The notes under the pieces were generated by a model. That model saw only the letters and a program-made list of their open reading frames with translations. It did not search any database and was not told the DNA's origin. Positions 18,661 to 31,400 of a stretch of DNA of 48,160 nucleotides are shown here, piece by piece. A program made the translations under genes and the position numbers. The first letter of the stretch is position 1, and each line of letters begins with the position of its first letter. This DNA comes from an uncultured bacterium (GTDB lineage Bacteria > Patescibacteriota > Minisyncoccia > Phycocordibacterales > PALSA-1337): NCBI GenBank assembly GCA_903876465.1, contig CAIRAF010000065.1, positions 1-48,160 of the forward strand. The letters are read 5' to 3'.

Positions 18661-19463
18661 AAATCTTGAAATCAAAAATGCAGGAATATTCAATCAGTGC
18701 GCTAGTTTTATCTTTTGTATTTGTGATTGTATTTGTATTTTGCACTTCATATCTCGTACCTTTTGCTTTGGCTCAGGTCATGTCGAGCAGTAATTTCAAA
18801 GTTCTAGATCAGAGTGTTAACTTTGCAGGAAATAATTCAAGTTCAACAAATTATCAGATGCAGGATACTGTTGGTGAAATTGCTACAGGTTTCTCATCAA
18901 GTACAAATTATTCGATTAGTGCTGGATATCAGCAGATGAATATCGTCGCAATTTCAGTTGTGCCTCCTACAAACGTCACCATGACTCCAAACTTGGGCGG
19001 TGTGACTGGCGGTACGTCCAATGGATCAACAACGTTTATCGTCACTACAGACGATACTGCTGGATATACTTCAACCATTCAAGCATCTACTTCACCTGCA
19101 CTTGTTAATACTTCATCAACAACAAATTCATTTGCTGATTATGTACCAGCTGGTTCAAATCCAGATTTTACTTTCGCATATGCAGCCACATCATCAGTCT
19201 TTGCTTGGTCAGTCCAAGGCACTGATGCTGATCAGAGATTCTTGAATAACGGTTCTGTTTGCAACAGTGGATCAACTAGTTCTATCACAACATGTTGGGA
19301 TGGACTTTCAACTGGTACAAAGACTGTTGCAGACAGAACTTCAAACAATCAACCATCTGGAACGCAATCAGTTTTGTATTTCCGTGCAGGTATCGGATCA
19401 TTACGTGTTCAACCAAATGGCTTGTATGTAGCTACGACCACTCTAACCGTCATTCCTCTCTAA
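18657..19463 (+). CDS. Secreted beta-rich protein, family member 1 (distant paralogue of 34371 and 35182)
   Basis: 268-aa ORF. N-terminal hydrophobic signal/anchor ending ..FALAQV. It shares with the two downstream paralogues the blocks V(T/V)M(T/S)PxLGG(V/I)TGGTxNG, GY(T/N)xTIQAS, a Cys pair (VCNSG...TCWDG) and LYF(R/Q)xGI...Y(V/I)(A/S)T(T/S)TLT at the C-terminus. Confidence 0.7.
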   Translation: MKILKSKMQEYSISALVLSFVFVIVFVFCTSYLVPFALAQVMSSSNFKVLDQSVNFAGNNSSSTNYQMQDTVGEIATGFSSSTNYSISAGYQQMNIVAISVVPPTNVTMTPNLGGVTGGTSNGSTTFIVTTDDTAGYTSTIQASTSPALVNTSSTTNSFADYVPAGSNPDFTFAYAATSSVFAWSVQGTDADQRFLNNGSVCNSGSTSSITTCWDGLSTGTKTVADRTSNNQPSGTQSVLYFRAGIGSLRVQPNGLYVATTTLTVIPL

Positions 19464-19470
19464 ATTATTT

Positions 19471-22400
19471 ATGAAGCATTTTATTTACATAACATTCATC
19501 CTCACAATCCTTACTGGAGGTGTTATGTACGTACATGCAGCCAGTACTTCTTTCACAACATCTCTCACAACTTACGCTTTTGATAATATTCCTCCAACAG
19601 TTCCAACAGGACTTACAGCCACTCCAATTTCTCAATCCCAAATTGATTTGAGTTGGTTACCTTCAACAGATAATAATCTTGTCGGAGGATATGTTGTTTA
19701 TCGTGACGATGGAGCAATTGCCACAACTTCAGGAACAACCTTTAGTGATACTTTGCTCTCAGCAAGTACAACTTACACATATTCAGTTCAAGCATTTGAT
19801 GGTTCATCAAATTATTCAGCAACTTCAACTTCAGTATCAACAACAACATTACCTGTACCAGTTGTAATCATTTCAACATCAACTCCACCAGTTTCGGGAG
19901 GTTCAACAAGTTCAGGTGGTTCAGCTTTTATCACTGATCTAACTGTTACTCCACACACAGTAGATAGTGTAATAAATTTCAATACTGCATCACCAGCACG
20001 CTCGACAGTATCTTGGGGATTAACTCCAGATCTCGAAGCAGGTTCTATAACAAGTATTTTCTATGACACTACACACGAGATCACGATCACCGGACTCACA
20101 GCAGACACACATTACTATGTTCGAATAAGTGTTGTTGGTGCACAAGGTGTTCAATCATCAGTCGATAGTCAATTCAACACTATCTCACTCAATCCAATAT
20201 CAATTTTGAACCCATCGAACTTTACAGCAACTCCAAAAGGTCTTGGTCAAAACGGTATCAATCTTTCATGGACAAATCCAATAGATCCACGTTTTGGGTC
20301 TGTACGTGTCGTTCGATCAACCACATTCTTCCCAAGAGACCAATATGACGGTGTGCCGGTGTATCAAGGCGCAGGACAAAATTTCTTTGATGCTTCAACT
20401 GTTCCAGGTACACGATATTATTATTCAATCTTTGCAGAAGCGACTGATGGATCTTTCTCTTCAGGAGTACTCGCACAGGCACGCATCGGTATTGTTGGAG
20501 AAATAATTCCAGCCAATAACAATCCATTTACACAAGCTCCACCAGCAAGTAACGTCAATCCTCTTATTGCAAACCTTACAATTTCAGATTTTGAATTTAT
20601 TCAGAATGGAAAATTCCTAACTCCTAATACAAACAATGTTATCTCAATTGATGGCACGAAGAATCTCACAATCAGACTTGCATATAACAAGGTTCCAGAA
20701 ATCTTAAAGACAATTGCTGTATCACTAACTGATCCAAAGGATTCTTCAAAGGCTTTCATCTTCTTGCTCCGTGCAAATGCAAACAAGTCATACTATGAAG
20801 CCAATGTCGGTTCACTCGGCGTGTCTGGAGATTTTCCACTTGCTATCAGTATTCTTGATTATCAGAATCAAAGTTTGAAACAAATTGCTGGAAGTCTTGT
20901 AGCAGCTGTAGGTGATATTGCGATTTCGAGTGATCAATTTGGTCAGCTTTCATTCTGGCTCATAATTATCTTACTCATCGTTCTGCTCGTTATCGTAGTT
21001 CGAATTCTTGCTAAGAAAAATAAAAAAGATAACTCAAAGGGAAGTGACAATGTCACCGTGGTAACTTCAGCAGTAATTGCGCTTGTTATTTTGAGTGGTG
21101 CGATGTTCTTTGGAATTCATCAAGCTTACGCTTTCAATCAACAGATTAACTATCAAGGAAAATTGGCTAATGCTTCAAATATTTCTGTTGCTAACGGCCA
21201 GTATCCTATTGTCTTTAAGTTGTATACAACATCAAGCACGACTACTCCTATTTGGACTGAAACTGATTTTGGCGCAAATCAACCAACAGTTTCTGGTGGA
21301 CTCTTTAGTATCATGCTCGGATCGACAACTCCATTTACTGGTGTTGATTTCAATCAGACTTTGTATCTCGGTGTAACTGTTGCAAGTGATACAGAAATGA
21401 CACCACGTAAAGTTATTGGCGCTGTGCCAGCTGCATTCCTTGCTGGAACCTCAACTATTGCACTTTCCGCAAATACTTTGCAGGGAATTACACCAGGGCA
21501 GTTCTTCCGTAATGATCAACAGAATGCTACTTCATCCGCTGCAACTTTCTTGTCTATTCTCCAAACAGGTGCTGGTAAAGTTGCTGAATTCTTTGCAAGT
21601 GCAGGACAGAGTGCTCTCGCTATTCTCTCAAATGGAAATGTCGGTGTAGGTTCATCAACACCAGTTGCCACACTTTCAGTTACAGGTACAAGTACTGCAG
21701 GAGTAAATCCTTTCATTGTTGCTTCTTCATCTGGAGCAACATTGCTCACTGTTCTTCAGAATGGAAATGTGGGAGTTGGTACTGCTAATCCAAAATTTCA
21801 ATTACATGTTCTTGAATCTGGCCAACCAAGTACTAACAATCCGATCGATGTAATGGCAGTGGAAGTTGGTTCGCCAAGTTCGGGTACAGCTACGGGATAT
21901 GGACCAGCGATTCTTTTTAAAGATATTGGTACAAATGTTACTAATATGGCTAGGATAGGAGCGGTATATGAACCGAATGGAACTAATAATCTCGGTGGTT
22001 TGATTTTTTCTACAAACAGCGATACTAATAACTCCCTTACTCTTCCTTCAGAGAAAATGCGTATAACCGCATTTGGCAACGTTGGAATCGGCACATCATC
22101 ACCTATAGCTTCACTAACTGTTGTTAGTTCGACTACCGCACAGATATCTTTCGTCGTCGCTTCTTCATCTGGTACTCAATTATTAACACTCTTCGGAAAT
22201 GGTAATTTTGGTCTCGGATCAACATCACTTTCAAACCTCTTTACAGTAGCCGGTAACGGATTCTTCAATGGAAATGTAACTGCAACAAATATTATTGCCA
22301 CCGGCACATTGAATGTTAGTGGTCAAACAACACTTGGTAACGCCACAATCACCAATGCATCAACAACCAACCTCGCTGTCACTGGTCTTGCAAACACAGT

Positions 22401-25400
22401 TTTGTCAGTTAATGCTCTTGGTCAAGTAGTTGCAACATCAACTGCTGGATTTGGAACAAACTACTTTAGTAATTCTGGAGCAACTACAACTAACAACTTT
22501 GCAAACCTTGCTTCAACTCTTGGTGTATTTGGAACAATTCAGGCTACAAGTACAACTGGTACAAGTACTTTTGCTGGTGCATCGATATTTACCGGTAACG
22601 TCGGTATCGGAACAACATCTCCAATGGGAGGGTTTGCTTTCCAAGGTTTCAACGCATCGACAAGTGCAACAACAAACTTTGCAGTATATGCAGGAAATGG
22701 ATACTCAAATGCTGGAACCAATGGTCCTGGAAGTAGTATCGCGTTTGTTACTGGAAGTGCAGGTAGTGGTTCAGTAGGATATGCCGGCGGAGATTTTAAT
22801 GTTACGACCGGTAGTGGTGTCTCAAGTAATGCTCCAGGACGTGGCGGTAACATTGCATTTAGTTTAGGAGCTGGTGGAATTGCCGGCCCGGCTGGTGGAG
22901 TCGGAGGAACGTTTGCAGTTGTTTCTGGTAATGGAGGTGCTTCATCTGCAACTCAACCAACTGGTGTTGGAGGAGCAGTTACTCTTACGGCAGGAAATGG
23001 TGGTGCACAAACTGGTTCAGGTTCTAGTGCTGCTGGCGGCGCATTAACGCTTACCGCAGGCAATGGTGGTAATACTACTCTTAATGGATCTCCATCAGGT
23101 ACAGGTGGAACAATTACTTTTACTGCTGGTAATGCAGGTACAGTTTCTTCATCCACATTAGCCGGTGGTAATGGCGGTAACATCATTTTAATTCCTGGTA
23201 CCGCTACTGCCACTGGCACACCTGGTTATGTCGGTATCGGTACAACATCACCATCTAATTTACTTACTGTTGCAGGTAACGGTTTCTTCAACGGCAATAT
23301 TACTGCTACAAACATTACTGCAACTGGAACTCTATCGGTTACTGGTCAGACAACACTTTCTGGTCAGACATTCCTTGTTAACGCTTCAACAACAAACTTT
23401 TCAGCTTCTGGTTTTGCTAACGTTACTGGAACAACCACAACAGGTGGTTTGAGTGTTGCTTCATTAAACGGAGTCCTCTTTGGTACAAACGGAGCAATTA
23501 CAGCTATTGCAACTTCATCACTCGGTATTCCTAACTTCTGGACTCTATCTGGCGCTACGACAACAAACACAGTAGCTAACGTCGCTTCAACTCTTGGTGT
23601 CTTCGGTTCAGTACAAGCAACTAGTACAACTGGAATTAATACATTTGCAGGAACAGTTGGCATCGGCACATCCTCACCTAGTTATCCATTTACTGTTGCA
23701 AGTCAGACAGTAACAACTGTTGTCACTGGCGGAACGAGCAATTTAAATATAGGATCTGATATTGAAGGAATAACACAAAGACAAATTTCAAGTAGTGCAA
23801 CCCAAAATTATATTACATTAAATCTTCTTGCTAGTTCACAAAATACTGTAGCTGGTGGACCAACTAATCAAACAACTTATGGTCTTTATAGTAAGGCCTT
23901 CAGTTCTAATCAGGCTTCGATAAGTAACAATACATATTATGGTGCTTATCTCGAAGCATCAGGAGCTAATGCTGGTGCAACAACTGTAACTGATTATGGT
24001 CTCTATGCAAATGCTATCAGTACTTCGACAAATGCTACGAACTACGCCGTCTATGCAAACGCTGCCAACGGAAGTCAAAACTACGGTATCTATTCTGCAG
24101 CAGGCACGAACTATTTTAATGGTAATGTCGGCATCGGTACAACATCCCCAAGTAATTTACTCACTGTCGCTGGCAACGGTTTCTTCAGCGGCAACATTAC
24201 AGCTACAAATATTACTGCAACTGGAACTCTATCGGTAACAGGTCAGACGACATTGGGAAATGCTTCGACAACCAATATCACAGTTTCAAATAATTTAAAT
24301 GTTACTTCTACCACTACAACAACAGGATTGAAGATAGCGTCACTCTCTGGAGTACTCTTCGGTACAAACGGAGTAATAACAGCAATAGCGACATCATCAC
24401 TCGGTATTCCTAACTACTGGACTCAGTCTGGTGCAACGACAACAAACACAGTGGCTAATGTCGCTTCAACTCTTGGTGTGTTTGGAACAATACAGGCGAC
24501 ATCAACTACAGGAACAAGTACTTTTGCAAGTTCCGCAATATTTAATGGAAGAGTTGGAATCGGAACAACAACACCAGCAGAAAGTTTGACTATATACAAA
24601 GGTACAACTAATGTCAGTACTTTGATTTCAGATAATGGAGTTTTATTTACAAGATCTTACGATGGATTAGCTTCAGCAGGAGTATATTATACTGGAAATA
24701 CGTTCATGACTTCAGACGGAGAAGTTATTCTATATCCAGGTAATCGTACAGCCGTGGATACTATAAATGATTCATCTGTTGGTAAGGCTGCAATCAGCGG
24801 AGCTGTAACTCTTGGTGGCGCGAATCTTCAGGTGATCGGTTCACTTGCAGTTGGCGGAACTTATGCTTCATTATTAACAACACCAGCAAATGGTGCAATC
24901 TTCCAGGGTACTGTCGGCGTTGGCACGTCATCACCATCTACCTCAAACGCTCTTGAGGTTGGCGGTAACGGATATTTTGCAGGGAATATCACTGGTGCAA
25001 ATTTGATTGCAACAAGTACTCTCACAGTCTCTGGTCAAACCACTCTCGCTAATGCTTCAACAACAAACTTGTCAGCTTCTGGTTTCCTCAAGGTCACCGG
25101 TCAAACCACTCTAGGCAATGCAACAATCACTAACGCTTCTACAACCAACCTCGCTATCACTGGTCTCAACAGTGCCATCTTGTCAGTAAATGCACTTGGT
25201 CAAGTTGTTGCAACAACTTCTGGATCTGGAACAAACTACTTCTCTAACTCTGGAGCAACGACAACACTTACTACTGGAACTAACCTTGTTGCCGCACTCT
25301 TCGCTGCTCCTTATTTCTTAGCAACTTCCACAACAGCGACTTCTAGTATTGCAGGAAACTTTAGTGTCACTGGTCCATCAATATTTGGTGGTCAGTTAAC

Positions 25401-28400
25401 AATAGGTAACGGTAATGTGAACACAGATTATGGCGTATCTATAACTAACCTAAATGCAGGATCAAGTGCTGCTGCTGATATTTCTTTTGTAAATAATTCT
25501 GGTGGGAATGCTTATGTTGGAGTTGGTTCAAGTGGAACAGCTGCGGCATATGCTTCACGTGCTTTCTTTGATACTTTCACAGGTTCAGGTACATCTATCC
25601 TATCTTCTGCATCTGGAGGAGATGTACGTTTCTATACAGCTGGTGCAGCTGCTGGAAATGAAAGAATGCGTATCGGTAATACAGGTAATGTTGGTATTGG
25701 TACGACGACAGCATCAAATTTACTTGAAGTCGCAGGTAACGGATATTTTGCTGGTAACCTCACTGCAGCAAATATCACAGCAACTGGAACACTTAATGTT
25801 ACAGGTAAAACAACTCTTGCCGCTGCTTCTACTACCGCATTGACTGTCGCCAATAATCTATTTGTAAATGGAAAAATAGGAATAAATGATCCAAACCCAG
25901 CACCATTTATTGACATAAATCAGAACGGTTCAAATCCAGGTCTAGTTATGCAGAGTACAGCACCATGTGGTACTTATGGCTCATACAACACTGGTAATGC
26001 ACGTTTTGAAGGCGGTACTGATAATGGAGGAAATATCCAATTTGAATCACAAAGAGGTACTGCTGGTTGTGCTCAAGCGGGAGCCATGTATTGGGATTGG
26101 GGTTGGGATAATGGAGGTGACTTTAATTTGAGACTTGCTATGTTTGATGATCATACTTTCCAGGTTTATGATAATGGAAGTGGTACAACGACAGTTTGGT
26201 CATTCCAGCAAAGAGGTGGAACAGTCTTCAATTATGCAACATCAACTATCTTTACTGGTGGTGGTAACGTTGGTATCGGTACGACGACACCTACAGCAAG
26301 TAACATTTTGACTGTCGCTGGTAACGAGTTTGTTAATGGAAACATTACAGCTACAAATATTACTGCAACCGGCACTCTTAATGTCACAGGTCAGACGACA
26401 CTTGGTAATGCAACAATCACTAACGCTTCTACAACCAACCTAGCTATCACTGGTCTCAACAGTACCATCTTGTCAGTAAATGCTCTTGGTCAAGTTGTAG
26501 CAACCACAACATCCGCTGGAACAAACTTCTTCAGTAACTCTGGAGCAACAACGACACTTTCTACCGGATCAAATCTTGTAGCCGCACTCTTTGCAGCACC
26601 ATACTTTATGGCGACATCGACTACAGCAACTTCAACATTTGCTGGAGCATTCGGAATTGGTTCATCAACACCTTCAGCAGCAAATATTCTTACTGTTGCT
26701 GGTAATGGATTCTTTACAGGTAACATTACAGGCGCAAACTTGATTGCAACAGGAAATCTCACCGTTTCTGGTAATTCAACACTTGCTACAACCTCTGCTA
26801 CAAGTCTTTCATCAACCGGTTCATTGACAGTTGGTCCTACAAATCTTACTGCAACAAATAATAGTTTTGCATTCGGTTATGCTCCTGGAACATCAGCTAT
26901 TACAGCAACTGGAACAGGTTCTTTAGCTTTTGGTCAAGCCGTATTTGCTGGGTCTAAAGCTTCAATAATAGCAAATAATACTGGTTCATTCGCAGGAGGT
27001 TTTGCTCTTGGTAATGGAGGTTCTCCAACAATATTATCTTCTGGAGCAGGCTCACTCGCATTTGGTAATACCGGATCAACAAGAAATATTACTTCAAGTG
27101 GAAGTGGCTCTATAGCTATGGGATTGACAACTTCAGGGAATCTTACGGCTACTGGTAATGCCTCAGTTGCTATTGGTCAAGATGTTAACGCTACTGCGAA
27201 CAATGCTTTTGCTCTAGGATCAAGCTTTACAAATGCTACTGCTTCAACTTTCCAAGTTGGTTTCTCAGCTACACCAATTCTTACAGTTACAAATACAAGT
27301 ATTGGTATTGGAACGACTTCACCATCAAATGCTTTGGAAGTCGCTGGTAACGGATATTTTACTGGTAATTTGACTGGTACAAATATTACTGCAACAGGTA
27401 CTCTTGCTGTTTTGGGTCAAACAACACTAGTAAACGCTTCAACTACAAACATTTCTGCAAGTGGTTTTGCGAATGTAACAGGAACTACAACAACCGGTGG
27501 TTTGAGTGTCGGTTCATTGAATGGATTACTTTTTGGAACTAGTGGGGCAGTCACCGCTACAACATCTATTAGTAATTCATATCTCGCCAATTCAACTATT
27601 TCTGGTATATCTCTTGGTCAAAACCTAGCTAATCTCACTGCTACAAACAGTACTCTCACATTCTCAGGTAGTTACAATGGTGGAACCGCTCAAACAGTTG
27701 GACTCAATCTTTCCAATACAAATACATGGAGTGCACTACAGACATTTAGTAATGGCATCATGTCTACAGCAAGTTCAACATTCACAAATATTACGATTGG
27801 ACAATCAACCACAACAAACGCTACTACAACTAGCCTCGCTATCACAGGTCTTTCAAATACAGTCCTCTCAGTAAATGCTCTTGGTCAAGTTGTAGCAACC
27901 ACAACATCCGCTGGAACAAACTTCTTCAGTAACTCTGGTGCAACAACAACACTTTCAACTGGATCAAATCTTGTTGCAGCTCTCTTTGCTGCTCCTTATT
28001 TTTTGGCAACTTCCACAACAGCGACTTCTAGCATTGCAGGAAACCTCACGGTTGATGGTGGTACATTTACTATTAACTCGATTGCCAATTTGGTGGGCAT
28101 TGGTACTGCCAATCCAACTGCAGCCTTTTCTGTTCAAGCAGGAACTAACACAATGCCATTCTTTGTTGCTTCTTCATCAGGCGCACAACTTCTCACTCTT
28201 CTTCAAAATGGAAACTTTGGTATTGGTACTTCAACACCAATAGCTTCATTTAGTTTCCAGGGAGTTGGACAATCAACTACGACATCTGCGAATTCATACT
28301 CGTTCGTTGTTAATGGTGGTAATGGTGTGAACGTTGCTGGTGCTGGAGGCAATGGAGGCGGCGTTCTCTTTAATACAGGTAACGGATTGACTGCTGGTAC

Positions 28401-31400
28401 TTCTGGAACTGGAGGTGACTTCGCGGTAAATACTGGTAACGGAGGCGGTGTTAACCGTGGTGGAAATATGACATTTACTCTCGGCAATGGTGGTGGTACT
28501 TCTAGTAATGGCGGAGCATTCTCTCTAACTGCAGGTAATGGTGGTGGAGCAGCAGGACCACCATCCGGTCCAGGTGGAGCAGTTACTATCACAGCTGGTA
28601 ATGGTGGTGCTCAAGGTGGAGGTAGTTCTGGTGCTCTAGCCGGAGTCCTCACTCTCAACGGTGGTAATGCCGGCAGTGTCACAAGTGGTGGAGTGAATGG
28701 TGGAAATATTATCCTTATGCCTGGTCTTGGTTCTGGAACAGGTCTTCGTGGCCTTGTCGGTATCGGTTCATCAACACCATCCGCCATGCTTTCTGTTCTT
28801 GCAGCCACCAACACCATTCCTTTTGTTGTTGCTTCTTCATCTGGCGCACAACTCCTCACTCTTCTTCAAAATGGAAACTTTGGTATTGGCACATCTTCAC
28901 CTTCAAATATGCTTGAAGTTGCAGGTAATGGATATTTTGCAGGAAATATCACAGCTACAAATATCACCGCAACCGGCACTCTTAATGTCACAGGTCAGAC
29001 GACACTTGGTAATGCAAATATCACAAACTCAACAACAACGAACGCTACAACAACCAACCTAGCTATCACTGGTCTTAACAGTGTAATCTTGTCAGTCAAT
29101 GCATTAGGTCAGGTTGTTGCAACAACTTCTGGATCAGGAACAAACTACTTCAGTAACTCTGGTGCCACAACGACACTTTCAACAGGATCAAATCTTGTAG
29201 CCGCACTCTTCGCTGCTCCTTATTTCTTGGCAACATCTTCTACGGCGACGAGTAATTTTGGAGGTAATGCCACTGTAGGTACAACAAGTTTAGTGTCTGC
29301 ATCAAATAATAGTTTTGCTTTGGGTGATATTTATTCAGCAAATGCTGGAAGTACATACTCTGTTGTTTCATCAGGAGGAGGTTCGTTTGCTGGTGGAGCA
29401 GTGCAGACACCAGCTGGAACTGCTACGTCAACTATACTTTCGTCTGGTCCCGGATCTTTTGCATTCGGTATTTCTGTTGGTGTTTCTGGTGGAACGAGCA
29501 AGATTACTTCTTCGGGGGCTGGTTCTGTAGCTTTAGGGTATTCAAGTGGCACTACTGCTGGAACCGGTTTGATTTCAGCATCTGGAAACGGATCATTTGC
29601 TGGTGGATATATGTCTAACACTGGTAGCGGAACCGCATCGACAACAGCATCTGGTATTGGTGCATTTGCGTGGGGAACTGGTGTCGGTGCATATCAGACG
29701 CTATCGACTGCCTTTGGTAGCGGTTATGTAAACAACACCGCAAATTCATTTATGGTTGGTTATTCAGCAATACCAACTCTTACAGTCAATAGTACATCAG
29801 TTGGTATCGGCACAACTTCACCTTCAAATACACTTTCAGTTGCTGGTAACAGTTTCATCAATGGAAATGAGACAGCAACAAATATCACCGCAACCGGCAC
29901 TCTCACTGTCTCTGGTCTAACAACGCTTGGTAACGCTTCAACCACATCATTTACTTCAACAGGTCCAACATTCTTGGCGACCGGTGGAGGAAATGTTGGA
30001 ATTGGAACAGCTGCTCCAGCTTATCCATTTTCAGTGCAAGGAAGTATTGTTGATGATTTGTCTTTTATGCAAAATACGAATGTTTCCGGATGGAGTACAA
30101 TGGTTTTGGCAAATAGTAATGCAACAATTAAGACGAGTTTTGGTATAGGTAATGCTTCTGCATCAACCTTTGCTAATACAGCTTTCTTTGATGTCTTTGC
30201 AGGTGGAGCTCCGTTTGTTCTCGCAACAAATGATACAGAACGTATGAGAATTGAAAATGGTGGCAATATAGATATAGGTACAACTTCATCATCAAACCTA
30301 CTCTCTGTTGGTGGTAATGGATTCTTTACCGGTAACCTTACAGCAGCGAACATGATTGCAACAGGAACTCTAATTGTTTCTGGCCAGACAACTCTTGGTA
30401 AAACAATAATGTCTAATTCAACTACAACTAATGCAACCACAACTAACCTCGCTATCACTGGTCTAAACAGTGTAATCTTGTCAGTTAATGCATTGGGTCA
30501 AGTAGTTGCAACGACTTCTGGATCCGGTACTAACTACTTCAGTAACTCTGGTGCCACAACAACACTTTCAACAGGATCAAATCTTGTAGCAGCTCTCTTC
30601 GCCGCTCCATATTTCACAGCAACATCAACTACTGCAACAAGTACTTTTGCTGGAAATGTTTTCGTAGGTCCTACAAACCCTAATTTCTATCCCGCTTCTC
30701 CTTTAGTAGTTACTACCAATACAAATAATTATGGTCAATTTGTTGTTCAAAATTTGAATAGTGGAAATAATGCCAGTGGAGACTTAATTGTTGGTGGAGA
30801 TAAAATGACTGACACTTCATATTACGGAGATCTTGGATGTAATAGTTCAACGTTCAATCAAGTAGGACAAACAATTTTGCCAGCATTTGATTGTTATCTT
30901 TATTCTTCAGATTCAAATCTTGATATTGGTACCGCTTCAACAACTGGTCCTTCAAACATCAATTTCTTTACAGGAGGAACGCTTGCAGCAAACAATCGTA
31001 TGACTATTTTGACCAACGGTAATGTTGGCATCGGTACAACTTCACCATCATCACTCAACCTTCTTACTGTCGCTGGAAACGGATTCTTCAATGGAAGTTT
31101 GACTGCTGGTACACTCAACGCAGCATCTACAACTGGTACAAGTACAATTGCCGGAAACTTGGTTGTTGGCCCATCATCTGGAACTACAGGCTTCATGATG
31201 GATGCAAATGGCAACGTCGGTATTGGTACATCTACACTTTCAAATATTCTCGAAGTCGCTGGTAATGGATATTTTGCCGGTAACCTCACTGGTGCAAATA
31301 TTACTGCAACTGGAACTTTGGCCGCAATTTCAAATATTGCTCTTGGTACTTCTACTTATAGTTTTGTTGATGGAATTGCAATGGACTATATACAAGCAGC

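Noticed and set aside
28203-28859. Pro-rich antisense ORFs inside the giant gene (28203-28592 and 28611-28859; likewise 22953-23219, 22539-22853, 33870-34151 and many 60-145-aa ORFs on both strands between 19679 and 33299).
   Set aside because: They mirror the Gly/Thr/Ala-rich repeat codons of the 4,906-aa sense ORF. Their composition (poly-P/V/A) is what the reverse complement of GGN, ACN and GCN codons gives. They have no independent start context or motifs.
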